Origin: the human T2T-CHM13v2.0 reference genome, Homo sapiens
Direction: 5' to 3' (one strand)
Assembly (NCBI RefSeq): GCF_009914755.1
Contig: NC_060925.1
Length of the DNA stretch: 64,000 bases
The notes beneath the pieces were generated by a model. The model did no database searches. It saw nothing but the letters and a program-made list of their open reading frames with translations, and was not told the origin of the DNA. Below, piece after piece: positions 18,143 through 30,286 of this stretch. Position 1 is the stretch's first letter. Every line of letters starts with the position of its first letter. Made by a program: the position numbers and the translations under genes.

Positions 18143-19492
18143 TCATGGCTTGGTGCTTCTCAAGTAGGAATACAGCTCTCTAGCTGTGATGCCTCGCTTC
18201 TCTTCTGACTGGGCTGCATCCTGGCCCTGTGCTGAGGAAACACTGGTATGCAAGTTGCCCTGGTCCAGCCTGAGGATCACTGTCTCCCTTGAGTGGTCAT
18301 CAACCCATTCCTCACCAACCACTGTGGGCTGTCTGTCTCCCTGCCCTTCTGTCACACAGCGCCTTGGGTGAGTGCTGCTCCACTCCTGCCTTCCTGACTC
18401 AGTGCTTGCCCCAGTCTGGGCCTGTCCTCCCGGTACTGTCTCTCCTGCCTCAGGGTTGCTCACTTGCATCCATCTTTGACCACTGCCTGGCTGCGTCTGG
18501 GTCTGTCCCTGTTCTCTAGCCCCTCCGTGGCTTACAGTTTGGCTTCTGTCCTGCTCCACAGTCTCGGTGTGTGACCCTGCCTGTATCTGAGTGTGTCCTC
18601 CTGTCACAGCCTGGCTGGTCTGGCTCCTGCCTTGACCGTGGATCTCAGTCCCTCTGTTCTGGCCATTGGTGGACTCCTGTGTCTGGGTGCTGGTGCTTCC
18701 TGTCTGGTGGCTGCTGTCCTGCTCCACGGTCTGGGTGGGTGTCTGGGTGTGTGTCCCTGCCTGTATCTGAGCATGTCCTCCTGTCACAGCCTGGCTGGTC
18801 TGGCTCCTGCCTTGACCGTGGGTCTCAGTCCCTCTGTTCTGGTCATTGGTGGCCTCCTGTGTCTGCTTGCTGGTTCTTCCTGTCTGGTGGCTGCTGTCCT
18901 GCTCCACAGTCTGGGTGGCACCTGCCTGGGTCTGAGTTCCAGATCCAGTCACAGTCTCACCTGTCTGGTGGGCTCTGTCCTGTTCCCTGGTCTGTGGCTG
19001 TCTCTCTGGCCTCATCTCTGTTGTCTGATTCCTCTTGCCTTCTCCAGCTTTCTGGGTCTGCTCTGTCTGCCCAGAGAGTTGTATCTGCGGGCTTATTCTT
19101 TCCTGGCTCTGGGACTCAGCTTGCCTGTCATAGCTGCTGACCCACGCAGAGCCAGTGGCCTGACCCTGGGTCTGAACCCCAGGCCTGTTCTGCCCTCTGG
19201 AACCCTGCTGGCTCTGTCTGTGGCTGCTCCCCTCATAATGCTGCCCTTTCCCCGCCCTTCCCACTTCAGTGCCACTTCTCTGTCCTTCGCCCAGCTCCTG
19301 CGAGGCCCCAGAGTGGAGGCTTCCAGACTCTTGAGAGCCGCAGGCTCCCTCAGCACTCTCGCTCAGTGTCTTGAAACAGGCCTGGGCAACTTTAAACACT
19401 AAGACCAGGAATTCCTTGAATTCCACAGTCCCTGTGTGGTCTTCATCCAGCAGACGCAGGACCTCATCCACAGTTGCTGGATCGTGGGGTTT
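18143..19492 (-). CDS. CRNN: Cornulin exon 3 coding part (449 aa): canonical EF-hand plus Gln/Thr/Gly-rich repeat domain
   Basis: Acceptor cttctcctcag|[49 protein letters not shown]...[11 protein letters not shown]. With exon 2 (46 aa) gives 495 aa. Confidence 0.97.
   Translation of the reverse strand, partial: KPHDPATVDEVLRLLDEDHTGTVEFKEFLVLVFKVAQACFKTLSESAEGACGSQESGSLHSGASQELGEGQRSGTEVGRAGKGQHYEGSSHRQSQQGSRGQNRPGVQTQGQATGSAWVSSYDRQAESQSQERISPQIQLSGQTEQTQKAGEGKRNQTTEMRPERQPQTREQDRAHQTGETVTGSGTQTQAGATQTVEQDSSHQTGRTSKQTQEATNDQNRGTETHGQGRSQTSQAVTGGHAQIQAGTHTQTPTQTVEQDSSHQTGSTSTQTQESTNGQNRGTEIHGQGRSQTSQAVTGGHTQIQAGSHTETVEQDRSQTVSHGGAREQGQTQTQPGSGQRWMQVSNPEAGETVPGGQAQTGASTESGRQEWSSTHPRRCVTEGQGDRQPTVVGEEWVDDHSRETVILRLDQGNLHTSVSSAQGQDAAQSEEKRGITARELYSYLRSTKP
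18562..18918 (-). repeat. CRNN: Two 180-bp (60-aa) coding tandem repeats of cornulin
   Basis: Lines at 18601 and 18781 are nearly identical at a 180-bp offset; [11 protein letters not shown]...[15 protein letters not shown] occurs twice. Confidence 0.92.
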
Positions 19493-20644
19493 CTGAGGAG
19501 AAGATGAGGTGGAGTCAGCATCCCTCCCCTGAGGAGGACATGGGCAGGTCCCTTCCAATCTGCTGCCAGCTTCCCCTGCCTCAGACCCCACACTACACAC
19601 ACATACGGCTAGAGCAGCAGCAAGACTTAATTGCCTTTATTTTTTTTTAGTCCCGTCTCTCTCCCTCAAGTGTAGAGAGCATTTTTTGTTTGGTAGCCTC
19701 TATTTGGCACAATTTCTGGGCTACAGGAAAATTAGATAAAGATTTATTGAAGAGTTAATAAATTATTGAATTCACAATGCAACTGTTTGGGCTCTCAAGT
19801 TGACTGTCTGGGCTGCCCTTGGCACCTTGCCCCTGGCACTGAGGCCTTAGTCTCTTCAGCAGGCCCAGCACAAAGAGCAGCAGGTTGGGAACACAGCCCC
19901 ATGGGAATTCTGTGCGCTCCTCATTGAGGCCCAGATGTTTCCCCATGATAAAGAGGGAGGGAAGCAGTGGGCCCCTGCAGCGCTGCCCTGAGCATGTGGA
20001 TGCAGCATCCTTCTGTGCCCATATGTCCTTGTCCCTAAGGCCATCATCATCCTGGTTGCTTTAGATGCAAACCAAAGACAGGAAAGTGCATCAAGGCCTT
20101 GGTTCTGGTTTGCCAGGTGGGGTGGGGTGAGGCTCCAAAGTCTCCCCCTAGCTATTAACAACCTGCTCTTCAAAATTTCATTTCTGATGTGATCAGTCTG
20201 CTAATATTTTTGAGTAACTGCTTCGTGCAAGCCCAGAGCTATGCTTCTAATGAATGTCTATGAATGGATGATTACATTTCAGATAGACGTGGGAAATATT
20301 TACTGTATCAAATTTAAGAGGCGGCAGAAAGCAGCAATTATTTTCATTTTGAAATATTCCAAGGCTCTGCTCCTGTCTGAGTTGTCCTTTTAGAGCCCTT
20401 TTACCTTGTCTTTAAGTTAGAATTAATTAAAACCAAGGTTTTAATCTAAAGAGCCAGGACTTGCCAACTCCCATGACCATCTCTGGTTCTTTCACCTTTT
20501 TTTCTGCCTGCACAGCTGCCATCTGTCCCGGCAGGCCTGGGTTTAGCTGCTGCCTCCTCAAATTCCCCAGGCAAGGCCTCTGCAGGCAAACCAGGTTTCA
20601 CTCTCCTGCTATGTCCCCTCTCCACCCGGCTCAGCACACCGTAC

Positions 20645-20782
20645 CACAATCACATCGGCAAACTCTTGCTCCAAGAGTCTTTTCAGCTCCCCTCGGGTGA
20701 GCGCTGTGCAGTTGCCCTCCGTCCTTGCATAGCGCCTGAAGGCCTCGATGATCCCATTAATGTTTTGCAGTAACTGAGGCAT
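20645..20782 (-). CDS. CRNN: Cornulin exon 2 coding part (46 aa, S100 pseudo-EF-hand); exon begins at 20795
   Basis: tccag|GTTGACTTCAAAG ATG CCT CAG; [46 protein letters not shown]; donor GTG|GTACGG; phase-0 intron as in S100/SFTP genes. Confidence 0.97.
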
Positions 20783-22762
20783 CTTTGAAGTCAACCTGGA
20801 AAAGATGAAAAGTTCCCTTGGAGGCTCCATAATCAACCTCAGCTATTTCCTTTATAGCACGTCTGCTGCTAGGTCTTTCCTTGCACGTTCAGCTCTGTTT
20901 TTAGTTTTCCTTTGTCCTTTCCTACATAATGCATCTTATGTATGGGAAGGAGGAGCACACAGGATGGAGGCAGGTTCCTGAGTCAGGATTAAATGCTGGC
21001 CCCACCACTTAAGTATGGTGTGAGCTGGGACAAGTTGCTTTGCCTCTCCATGCCTCAGTTTACTACTCATTGTAATTGAAGGTGATATTAGTACTCTGTG
21101 GGATTATTGTGAAGATTTAAAGACATAATTCATAAAAAGCACTTGGCAGATGCCTGGCTTATATTAAGTGCTCCTTATTAAATATAATTATTATGCTATT
21201 ATATACATATACACACATATAATTTTTGTACACCTATATAATCACTTTCCTGTACATCATCTCTTCTAATCCTTATTATTTCCACTTTTTTTTATAGGTG
21301 AGGAAACAGGCTCAGAGAAGTTAGGCCACACAATTTTTAAGGAGCCAAGAAATCCTAGGATCCATTTTTCCTTAACCCAAATGCAATGGGCTTTCTAGAA
21401 TGTACCCTGTGGACAGGATTTATTTATTTATCACAAGGGTGTTAGGGTCCCATCGGGAACACCAAAAGGAAGTAAATACATCTGTGAGTCAACCCCTGTC
21501 TTGGATGGGAGCCAAGCAGAAATTCCAGGGACACAGCCCTCCCTTCTTGTTTTTTTTGGGAAAGTGGGAAGAAACTGGGCTACCACCTGCTGGGAATGCT
21601 CAGGAGGGGGGAACCTTCTTTGGGTGGGAGGCCTTCCAGTTCTGAGGGTCCAAGTTTCTCTGCATGTCGCCTCTGTCCACAGCCCTGAGACTTATCAGAG
21701 AAGTCAGCTTGCCCAACAGGCACGTGGCTCCATCAGGCCCAGATTTCTGGTGACCTATGAGTTGGTTCCTAATCAAAGGGAAAGCTTTTCTTTTTCATTA
21801 GCCAGAAATCTAGAGGTAGGTTGAGGTGAGGCCTGGGTTTGGTTGCATGAGCAAAAGGAAAAGAGACTTGAAGATTCATTAAGCAGAAGCCTTGGAGAGA
21901 CCCAAAGGAGGAGATGGTATCAAAGATGACAAGTCTCAAATGCAAGGGGAGATGGAGCCTGTAGCAGCTGGAAAGCCAGAGAGAGGATGGGACGAGGCAG
22001 ATATAGGTAGGAGAAGAAAGAGAAAAAAGGAAGGAAGGAGACTTGAGTTCTAGAAAAAGCAGATTAGTGTGGCCATGAGGACTCAGTAAGTCATAGCAAA
22101 AGGTGGGCTGTTCAGGAGAAACCCTTTCTAGGACCTGGTAACCAACAATTTCAGGCAAACTTTTCATCAAGGTAAAAAACTGGGGATGTTTTCCTCAACA
22201 TAGATGAAAAATATCTTTCTTTTTTTTTAAAACCATGTAGCAGACTTTAACCACTGACCTTTAGATAATAAAATAATAAGATGACCTTTTAGTTACATTT
22301 TAGATTCCTTAGAAAAATCTACACATATTTTGCCTAAATATCACCCTGGTGTAGGAGAGGGGAATCATGTAAACCCCTTCATCCATGACACAGTTTGATC
22401 TTATTGTCTAGGTTGGCATAAGTAAACTGATTCTGATCCCATAGACTCTCAGCACTGCAAAGAAGCTTCCAGAGCCTTAGAAAAAAGAAACCTTTGCTGA
22501 TCCAGGAAGGCACATGGGTGGCCCCATAGCCGCTGCCCACACAGTTTCCCAGTGAGAGGAGCTGCTCCCAGGCCAGCCTCAGGGAGGAGGAGAAAGCCTG
22601 ATTGCTTCAGGAGAGCATGTTTCCCAACGGTAGCGTTGGTTTGCCCAGTGCTCACAGCTAGCTCTGAAGGATGCATAGTCCATACCTGACTGCCCCAGTT
22701 TTATGAGCTCAGATCACCAAGACACTGAGAATGAGAAAGAGGTTTCTTATGAGGGGACTTAC

Positions 22763-22812
22763 CTAATGCCCAGGTGGGATGAAACAAGTGGCTGTTAAGT
22801 GGTGTGAGGAGT
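22763..22812 (-). other. CRNN: CRNN non-coding exon 1
   Basis: Perfect donor TAG|GTAAGT at 22762-22757, ~50 nt below a TATA-positioned start; SFTP three-exon architecture. Confidence 0.85.
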
Positions 22813-22834
22813 ACCAGGTCAGTGTGATGAGAAC

Positions 22835-22842
22835 CTTTTATA
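22835..22842 (-). promoter_or_regulatory. CRNN: CRNN TATA box (TATAAAAG)
   Basis: Consensus TATA 30 nt upstream of the inferred TSS (22812); KLF-type CCACACC at ~22928. Confidence 0.85.
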
Positions 22843-23142
22843 GGGGTTTTAACCAAGGCTCTTGTTTTAGACAGGATATCCTGCCCTATGGGAAGGCTTG
22901 ATTCATCCAAGATCCAGCCCAGCCCAGCCACACCTCCTCTTGTCTCTGTTTTACCTGCTGATGTGTGACTGCCTTGGTCTAATTAACAGGCCCCTCCTAC
23001 CACATTTGGTACCTTCTGTAGCTGAGTCCTCTTGACAGGGAAGCTTCTTTCCATTGTGATGGGCTCAGCAGTGCTTGGTACAGGCTGGGGTCCTGGTGAA
23101 CATTCTTTGTCTCTATGAGCCTACAAAGTTATGGGACTCTTT

Positions 23143-23445
23143 CCTTTTTTTTTTTTTTTTTTTTTTGAGATGGAGTCCTGCTCTGTCGCCCAGGCTGGAG
23201 TGCAGTGGTGCGATCTTGGCTCACTGCAACCTCCGCCTCCTGGGTTCAAGCAATTCCCTGCCTCAGACTCCTGAGTAGCTGGGATTACAGGTGCCTGCCA
23301 CCATGCCCAGTTAATTTTTGTATTTTTAGTAGAGACAGGGTTTCACCATGTTGAACAGGCTGATCTTGAACTCCTGACCTCATGATTCACCTGCCTCTGC
23401 CTCCCAAAGTGCTGGGATTATAGGTGTGAGCCACCGTGCCTGGCC
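23143..23445 (-). mobile_element. AluS immediately upstream of the CRNN promoter
   Basis: Reverse Alu; TSD act(c/g)tttcctttttt on both sides. Confidence 0.93.
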
Positions 23446-25266
23446 ACTGTTTCCTTTTTTAATATAAATGTTCAAGAATATATCTATTGAGGTTAACTTT
23501 TACAAAGTAGCCACTCTGAGAGGGCACACATGTTTTTGTGGTGATGTTACTTAGAACTGTTATTACTTAGAACATTTTTTGAATTCTTGTTTTGTAAGTG
23601 CCTTTCACACCTAGTGTATGAGACACAAGAAAGCCAGTTTCATCTCTTTAAAGTTGGTCTCATTTTTAATTAAAACAAAAAAAGTTAATACCTTCCCCAC
23701 CCCATGCTATGGGTAGGTAGCATTTTGTAGCTGATGAGAAAAAAGGCTTACCATGATCATGTGGTAACTCCTCATTGCAAGGACAGGAAACTCAACTGGT
23801 GGCTAATCAGCAAATATTTATGGAAAGCTTGCTCCATTTCAGGCAGAGGGCTAAGGCCCTAGGAATACAGTGTTGAATACGATGGCAGCAGTTTCAACTC
23901 TCATGAAGTCTATAGCCTGGCCATCCCAGGGGTAAGTCCCCAAGAGGTTAATGATAATGGTATTGCCATTTCATTTCATTTGATTTTATTCCATTTTCAT
24001 TACCATCTCATCTTATTTGATCTCCCTAGCAATCCTCTGAGGTGGTATGGCTAAGCCCAATTCATAAATGAGAACACTGAGAAATCCTCAGAGAAGTAGC
24101 CACTCTGTGAAGCGGAGACGGTGCTGGACTAGAGCCCCTCAGACTCCAGGCCTGTGTTCTCTCTGTTGCACCATGCTGCCATTTATTCTTCTCTCATTGA
24201 GTTTTGGCACCTTATGAACATCACACTTATCCTCAATGCATGAAGAACCATTCCTGAGGAGGAAGTTTTCTGAGCTCAGAAGCCAAGTCCCAAAGAGTGC
24301 TCTTGAGTGGCACTTTGCAGATAATATATACTGTGTAGCTTCCTGAGTGACTCTGGAAGGGAAAGCCATCTTTACCATCCTCACTTATAGATCAGCATGC
24401 AACAGACAGGAAAGGGAACAACAGGATAGGAAGGCATGGTAAGGGCCTTGGTTGAAGAGACTGGTGTATTGAGGGCAGCCCTGTAGCAACAGCACAGCCT
24501 CCAGCACTTCCCCTCAGGGCACAGAGCACTGGGGAGTTCCAGACTGCAGGAGGGCAGGATGCAGGCTTTGTGTTTGGAGAGATCTGTCTACATGGGGACA
24601 GGTTGGCTCCAGTCCTGGGGTGAAGGTGGGGTAGGCATACCAGCCAGGGAAAAGCAGAGTAGGGGCTTCAACCTTTGGGAGCAAGAGGGGGCTGAGGTTG
24701 CTTCTGCCTGATCAGAGTTAGAAGAAGGCCAGTATGAGAGGGTGAAGTTGGAGAACAAGAGGGAGAGCCGATTAGACCTTCTTCTGTGGTGGTGTTTGAA
24801 GCTTTTTCTGATGGGGCTTAGAACTTCCAGAAAGGTTTGGGAACTGAGGGTAAGTTAGGGAAGTAACAAGCCAGAGGCTGTATCTAGAAGATGAATATTT
24901 GGTAGGTATTATTAACCCAATTTATAGATGAAGAAACCAAGGCACAGAGAGTAAGTAAGTAAACTTAAGTAAACTACCTAAGGTCACATAGCTAGGAAGT
25001 TAGACCTGAATTTGAACTTAGGTCTGCCTGCCTCCAAAGCCTAATAGGTCTTTATGTGTGCCTGGGGCAGGACTGAGCTGTGAGGAGCTGGGGCACCATA
25101 GAAGTAGAGGTTAAAGAACTGTATGTGTGTGCTGGGCCAGTGGAGGTGGGTTGAAGTGTGCAGGTGGGGCTGGGGGAGATGAGTTGGCAGAGATTGGGAC
25201 TGAGCCTGTAATTGACTGTGTAAGTTTGTTAGTTTATAAAGTTGGTGAGGAGATGTTATAAGTTAG

Positions 25267-25716
25267 TGTGCAAGTTGTCAGAATCAAAATGGAGTCACTT
25301 GTCTTCAAAAAAATCCTTGACAAATATAGAGCTAAGGAAGGCTGCGAAGAGAGAGTTCTCATGCTTGTACACCTGATAACACAACTATCACAAAAGACTG
25401 CAAAAACCACAACCTTACACAAAGGCCATAATAGCCTTACACAACAAACACTTCTGTGAGGACATCAGTCCAGCAGCTGCCTGTCCAACTTCATATTAGC
25501 ATCACCATTGTTATTGATCTTTGTAGCCAAGAATACACATTTCAATAAAATTATGTAATTTTCATTGTTTTTCCTGTAAGAACTTTTGTTTTCCTTTACC
25601 TCCTGAATATGCACGTAGTTTACTATGGCACATGTATTCCCATTGCAATGCCCTATTCTCAAATAGGTAACTTTTTTTTTAAGAGAGATTCACTGTGGTT
25701 ATTATTTAAGTTGACA
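25267..25716 (+). mobile_element. Solo LTR (LTR47-like)
   Basis: TG...CA ends (tgtgcaagttgtcagaatcaaaatggagtcac ... aagttgaca), 4-bp TSD ttag. Family name from recall. Confidence 0.75.
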
Positions 25717-26164
25717 TTAGTGAGTCTACTTAGCAGTTACATTTTACGGGTATGCTGGAGGGCAGTGAGACCAGGTGCTGGATCAGCAACTCAGCAATGA
25801 AAACCCAGTTTTGCACTTTGACTCCTTCTTATACACTTACTCAACAATGTATTGCTGACCTCTACTTGATTTATTTCTACAAGATACAAGCAGTATTTGC
25901 CACACTTAGTGGGCTATAAATTAAGATTGCTTTCCAGAAAATTAGCCCAATTGGGCAAACAGGCTTTACACACCAAAAATAGTTATTTTAAAATGAAAAG
26001 TAGAAATTTTTAGAATGCTAACTAAAAAATATTGTCAAATATCACAAGGTCTGGGGTAAAGAATCACTGCTCAGGAATATGAGAGATCAGGGTCTATGTC
26101 AGCAACACCCCCTACCTGTGCTTGTTTTGGTTTGCTAGTTTTATTTTACTTTATTTTATTTGCT

Positions 26165-26385
26165 AAGTGCCTACTATGTACAGACACTGTGCTAAAAACT
26201 TACACATATCATTTTATTTAACCCTCACAACAACCCTATGGTAGCAAAGATATTATCCCAATTTCATAGATGAAGAAATTATCATTAACTAACTTAATTT
26301 TCCAAAGACAGAAAATAAATGGTAAAGGCAGGATTTGAACCCAAACCTGTTCAACTTCAGAGCCCAGCATCTTAACCTCTCTGCT
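26165..26385 (+). mobile_element. MIR SINE
   Basis: agtgcctactatgtacagacactgtgcta ... aaccctcacaacaacccta ... ggatttgaaccc. Confidence 0.7.
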
Positions 26386-26776
26386 TTGCATCTTGGCTGA
26401 AGTTTCTTATCTGAAGTCTGGAAAATTCCCTTTGACTTAAACCCAGCTCAACATGGTATGTTCCAGCTTAAACACTACGTGAACTAGCTATGGGACCACA
26501 GAGAGTAACAAACAGGGCAAGTTCTCAAATCCAGAGGCCCTGTGAGATGCCGGGGACAAAGCCCAAGGAAATAATCTCTCTTCATACTGACAGTTCTCCT
26601 TCTTCCCCCTTCCCCTTTGTTCAGTGGCAAAATCCAGAATGTTTGGCAAAAGCCTCTATAAGTTCAGCCAGGGGGAACAGCTGGGCTTTCATGCAGGTGG
26701 TGCTTTTCTTTGGGTTCCCTCCAGTCCTACATCATGATCGTTATCTCCTGACTGCCCCAAACAGCTATGTACTTAC

Positions 26777-26828
26777 CACACACACACATACACACACTCG
26801 CGCGCGCATACACACACTCGCGCGCACG

Positions 26829-26871
<43 letters not shown>

Positions 26872-26877
26872 ACACAG
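26777..26877. repeat. Compound (CA)n/(CG)n microsatellite
   Basis: Directly visible; contains runs such as cgcgcgcgc. Confidence 0.93.
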
Positions 26878-29800
26878 AGGCCGAGGCAGACTGCTCAGCA
26901 GGCTAAACTCCGTCTGTCTAATGAAGTGTCTCTTCCAGTGCAGCTTCATCAGTGTCTGCTGTCAGGTCCTGATTGGCTGGTGGATGAAGGGGACAGGGAG
27001 ACACCATGGTAAGCTACATGGATCCTCTTGGGTCAGGTGGCAGGTAACTGTTAACCCTGACATGGCTGCCTTTAAATTTCTGCCATTACAAATGCAGCCA
27101 AAAACCCAACCCTTAAAGAATGCTGCTCACCAGACATCTTCACCTTCACCCAGGAGCACACAACGGTAATATGGGACAATGAATGGCTACAGGGTGGCCA
27201 CTCACATCTCTCTCAAAAAGTAGCAGATGAGCAAATTCCATGATCTTGGTCTTTACCTTCAGAAAAGAACAAAACCAAATCTGAAAGCTGGAGAGATGTT
27301 TTCTAGAGTTGCTTGGGTTATGAGAGAATTTGCTGGTTCATGTTGCCCACGTATCCTTACTGAAAGACAGGGTTGTGGGGGAATGGTTCTTAGAGGAAAA
27401 AAGAACAGTGAGAAGTTCTGGGCCTTCTTACTTTCTCTCTGCCTAACTTGGAATCTCTTTCCTCAAACCCGCTCCACATAGCCCCTGATCATAAAATCCC
27501 GGAAGCCCAGATGCTCAAGTTTTGCCCTGGAAATGCCAGGGAGGATTAAGCAGACATTGGAGACGCACCTGTTGACACAATTTCCAGTGGCTTAGTGAAT
27601 ATCTCTCAGGCTATCTGGGCCTAATCCCTGAACAGACAGGTTGTGTTGGCCCTGCAGTTTCTCTGAGTTCTGATCTAGGCAGCAGGCACATGGCTAACAT
27701 GATTGTTAGTATTCTTGGTTTTGCCAGAAGAGCTGGAATCTGCCATTTAGTAGGGACTCTGCATATCCTATATCTAGGTGTTCAATCCATAGGCAGAACT
27801 CCTAGAACCTGCAAACTGGAAGGTTCCAAGCTCTTTTTTTTCCCAAGGGGAAAAGAAGAAAAATCATGGCAGGAGCGGTGAGCTCCTTTTCCTACTTCAC
27901 CACTGCTCCTTCTCAGAACCCTACAAAGTCCTGGTGGTGCCAAAAGTTTATTAACTTAAATGTAAAGGAAACAGACTAATTTTCTCACTATGTCCTTATT
28001 CCTATCATAATCTCTGGTCAAAGTATGGGCCTATTATTCCCTGCAAAACCCCAACTCTGGCTGCCTTCTTGACTTCCTGCAACCCTTCTTCCAGCCTTGC
28101 ATGCTTCCTCTCCATCTCCTCCATGCAAAAGCCCCCCATTCATTCAGAACAGCTCAAATAGCACTGCCTCCATAATATATTTTCAGATCAACCCACTCCG
28201 ATGAAGTCTCCTGCAAACATATTCACTTGCTCCAAATATTCTTTTGTTGGTACATTTCACAGCATCTATTTTACTCTACCATCATTACCATTGATTGTCT
28301 ATTTGCTTTATCATCTTTTCTAGATCATCTCCCTTTTTGAGGACAAGGCTGTTTTGCAGTAAATGTGTAATGACTTGATATGAAAGCATCGCCCATTTCT
28401 CAGGAGAGCACAGCTTTCTCCAGAAAACATAAGGGCTGGGTGCTATGTCACTTAAGTCATGCCTGGCCCCATATTTCCACCCCTTTAGAGCTCTTGGGCT
28501 TCATTCCTATGCTCATGAGTATAGAGTGGATACCTCCACATCCAAAGCCAAAAGGGGATCCCAGGAACAAGTTGGTAAAAAAAAACTCGAATGCAGCTCT
28601 AATCAGGATGGACTGGATTTGTGCTGGCTTTAACCCTACAAACCTGTTGGTACAGGTCTCCACTGGGGTTGGTCAGTTTTTACCTAGTTCTTTCTCCATT
28701 AATCAAAGCACCCATCCCTTCCAGGGAGTTGTGGTATCCAAGATTAAAAGATGATGACAGGGTGTTCTCAGCAAACTGAGTAACAAACAAACACCAAAGG
28801 CTTGCAAAGGTGAAAGCCATTAAATAGGAAGTTACTTTGGGGGGTTGGAAATATAGTTCTTATTTAACAGGAAGAGAGTTGGGTGCTGAGTACTAAGGGC
28901 CTATGAGGTCATTCTGGAGGCCACTGGCTATTGTTAAACATGAGCATTCATTTTCTTCAGACCACCTTGATGAAGCCAGTTTTGGGAAGATTAGAAAGGC
29001 ACACAGGCATGGTTCTCATCTCCAGAAGTGCAGAGACCAACACGGCTCCACAGTGTAACTGGCTGCATGACTTGGGAAGCTCTGAGTTTCCTTATCTATA
29101 AAATAGTGAGCCTGAGTTTCTTTATCTATAAAATAGTGGTAACCTTTGTTTACACCAAATGGTTATTGTGAGATTAAAAACATACCCTGTGTGTAAAAGT
29201 GCATTGTAAACTGATGAACACTAAAACATTATTGCTGTTGTTATTTAAAGTAGTATTAACTTTATTTAAAGTAGTGTTACTTTAGTAACACTAAAACATT
29301 ATTGCTGTTGTTATTTAAAGTAGTAGTGAATAATCCTTTTGAAGACCAAAAAGAGGAATGGGCATGACATTAATATTCCAATGGATCACTCATTCTATCA
29401 TTTAAGAGGCATAATCTATGAATAATAACACACACCTTGGAAAATCCAAAAATAGAATTAGAAAATACAAAGCAATATTTCACTAACTGTCCTTTTTCCC
29501 CCCAAAAGGATTTACTAAAGACTTTCTTCAGTTACTTTTGTATTAGTTTATATATCCTCACTATTTCAGAACAAAGGAATATAAAGCTGATGTTAGGAGC
29601 CATTGTTTTCAGATCATTCCAAAGTGAAAATATAGTTCTCCATGGAACATAAAGAAGTAATATTCAACTCATACAACTTTTGTGTTGCTGAAAGCTAGAC
29701 ACAGCCTTGCAGTCAGCCTTGCTGTAAGTAGTTATTGGCATGTAGAGCTGTATGGGACTCTCTGAGGCGGTGGCTTGCCGAGACCAGCTCGGTCGGGGAG

Positions 29801-30286
29801 ACCCTAACCCAGTAGTGCCAGAGAATTAAAGACACATATACAGAAATATAGAGGTGTGGAGTGGGAAACCAGGGGTCTCACAGCCTTCAGAGCTGAGAGC
29901 CTCGAACAAAGATTTACCCACATATTTACTAACAGCAAGCCAGTGGTAAGCATTGTTTCTATAGATAATAGATTAACTAAAAATATTCCTTATGGGAAAT
30001 AAAGGGATGGGCTGAAATAAAGGGATGGGTCTGGCTAGTTATCTGCAGCAAGAGCATGTCCTTAAGGCACAGATCACTTATGCTATTGTTTGTGGTTTAA
30101 GAATGCCTTTAAGCAGTTTTCCGCACTGGGTGGGCCAGGTGTTCCTTGCGCTCATTCCGGTAAACCCACAACCTTCCAGTGTGGGCATCATGGACATCAT
30201 GAACACGTCACAGTGCTGCAGAGATTTTGTTTATGGCCAGTTTTGAGGCCAGTGTATGGCCAGATTTTGGGGTCCTATTCCCAATG

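Noticed and set aside
18571-19402. Long plus-strand ORFs (189 and 269 aa) antisense to CRNN exon 3
   Set aside because: Shadow ORFs caused by the biased, repetitive codon usage of cornulin; no independent gene features.
19493-19600. N-terminal extension (MCSVGSEAG...) of the 485-aa ORF
   Set aside because: Intron 2 sequence upstream of the exon 3 acceptor; the real N-terminus comes from exon 2.
28380-28754. 124-aa ORF sharing a C-terminus (VSTGVGQFLPSS...KIKR) with the gag-frame ORF at 31408-31722
   Set aside because: Explained by the 110-bp DNA-level copy; no evidence that either is a real protein.
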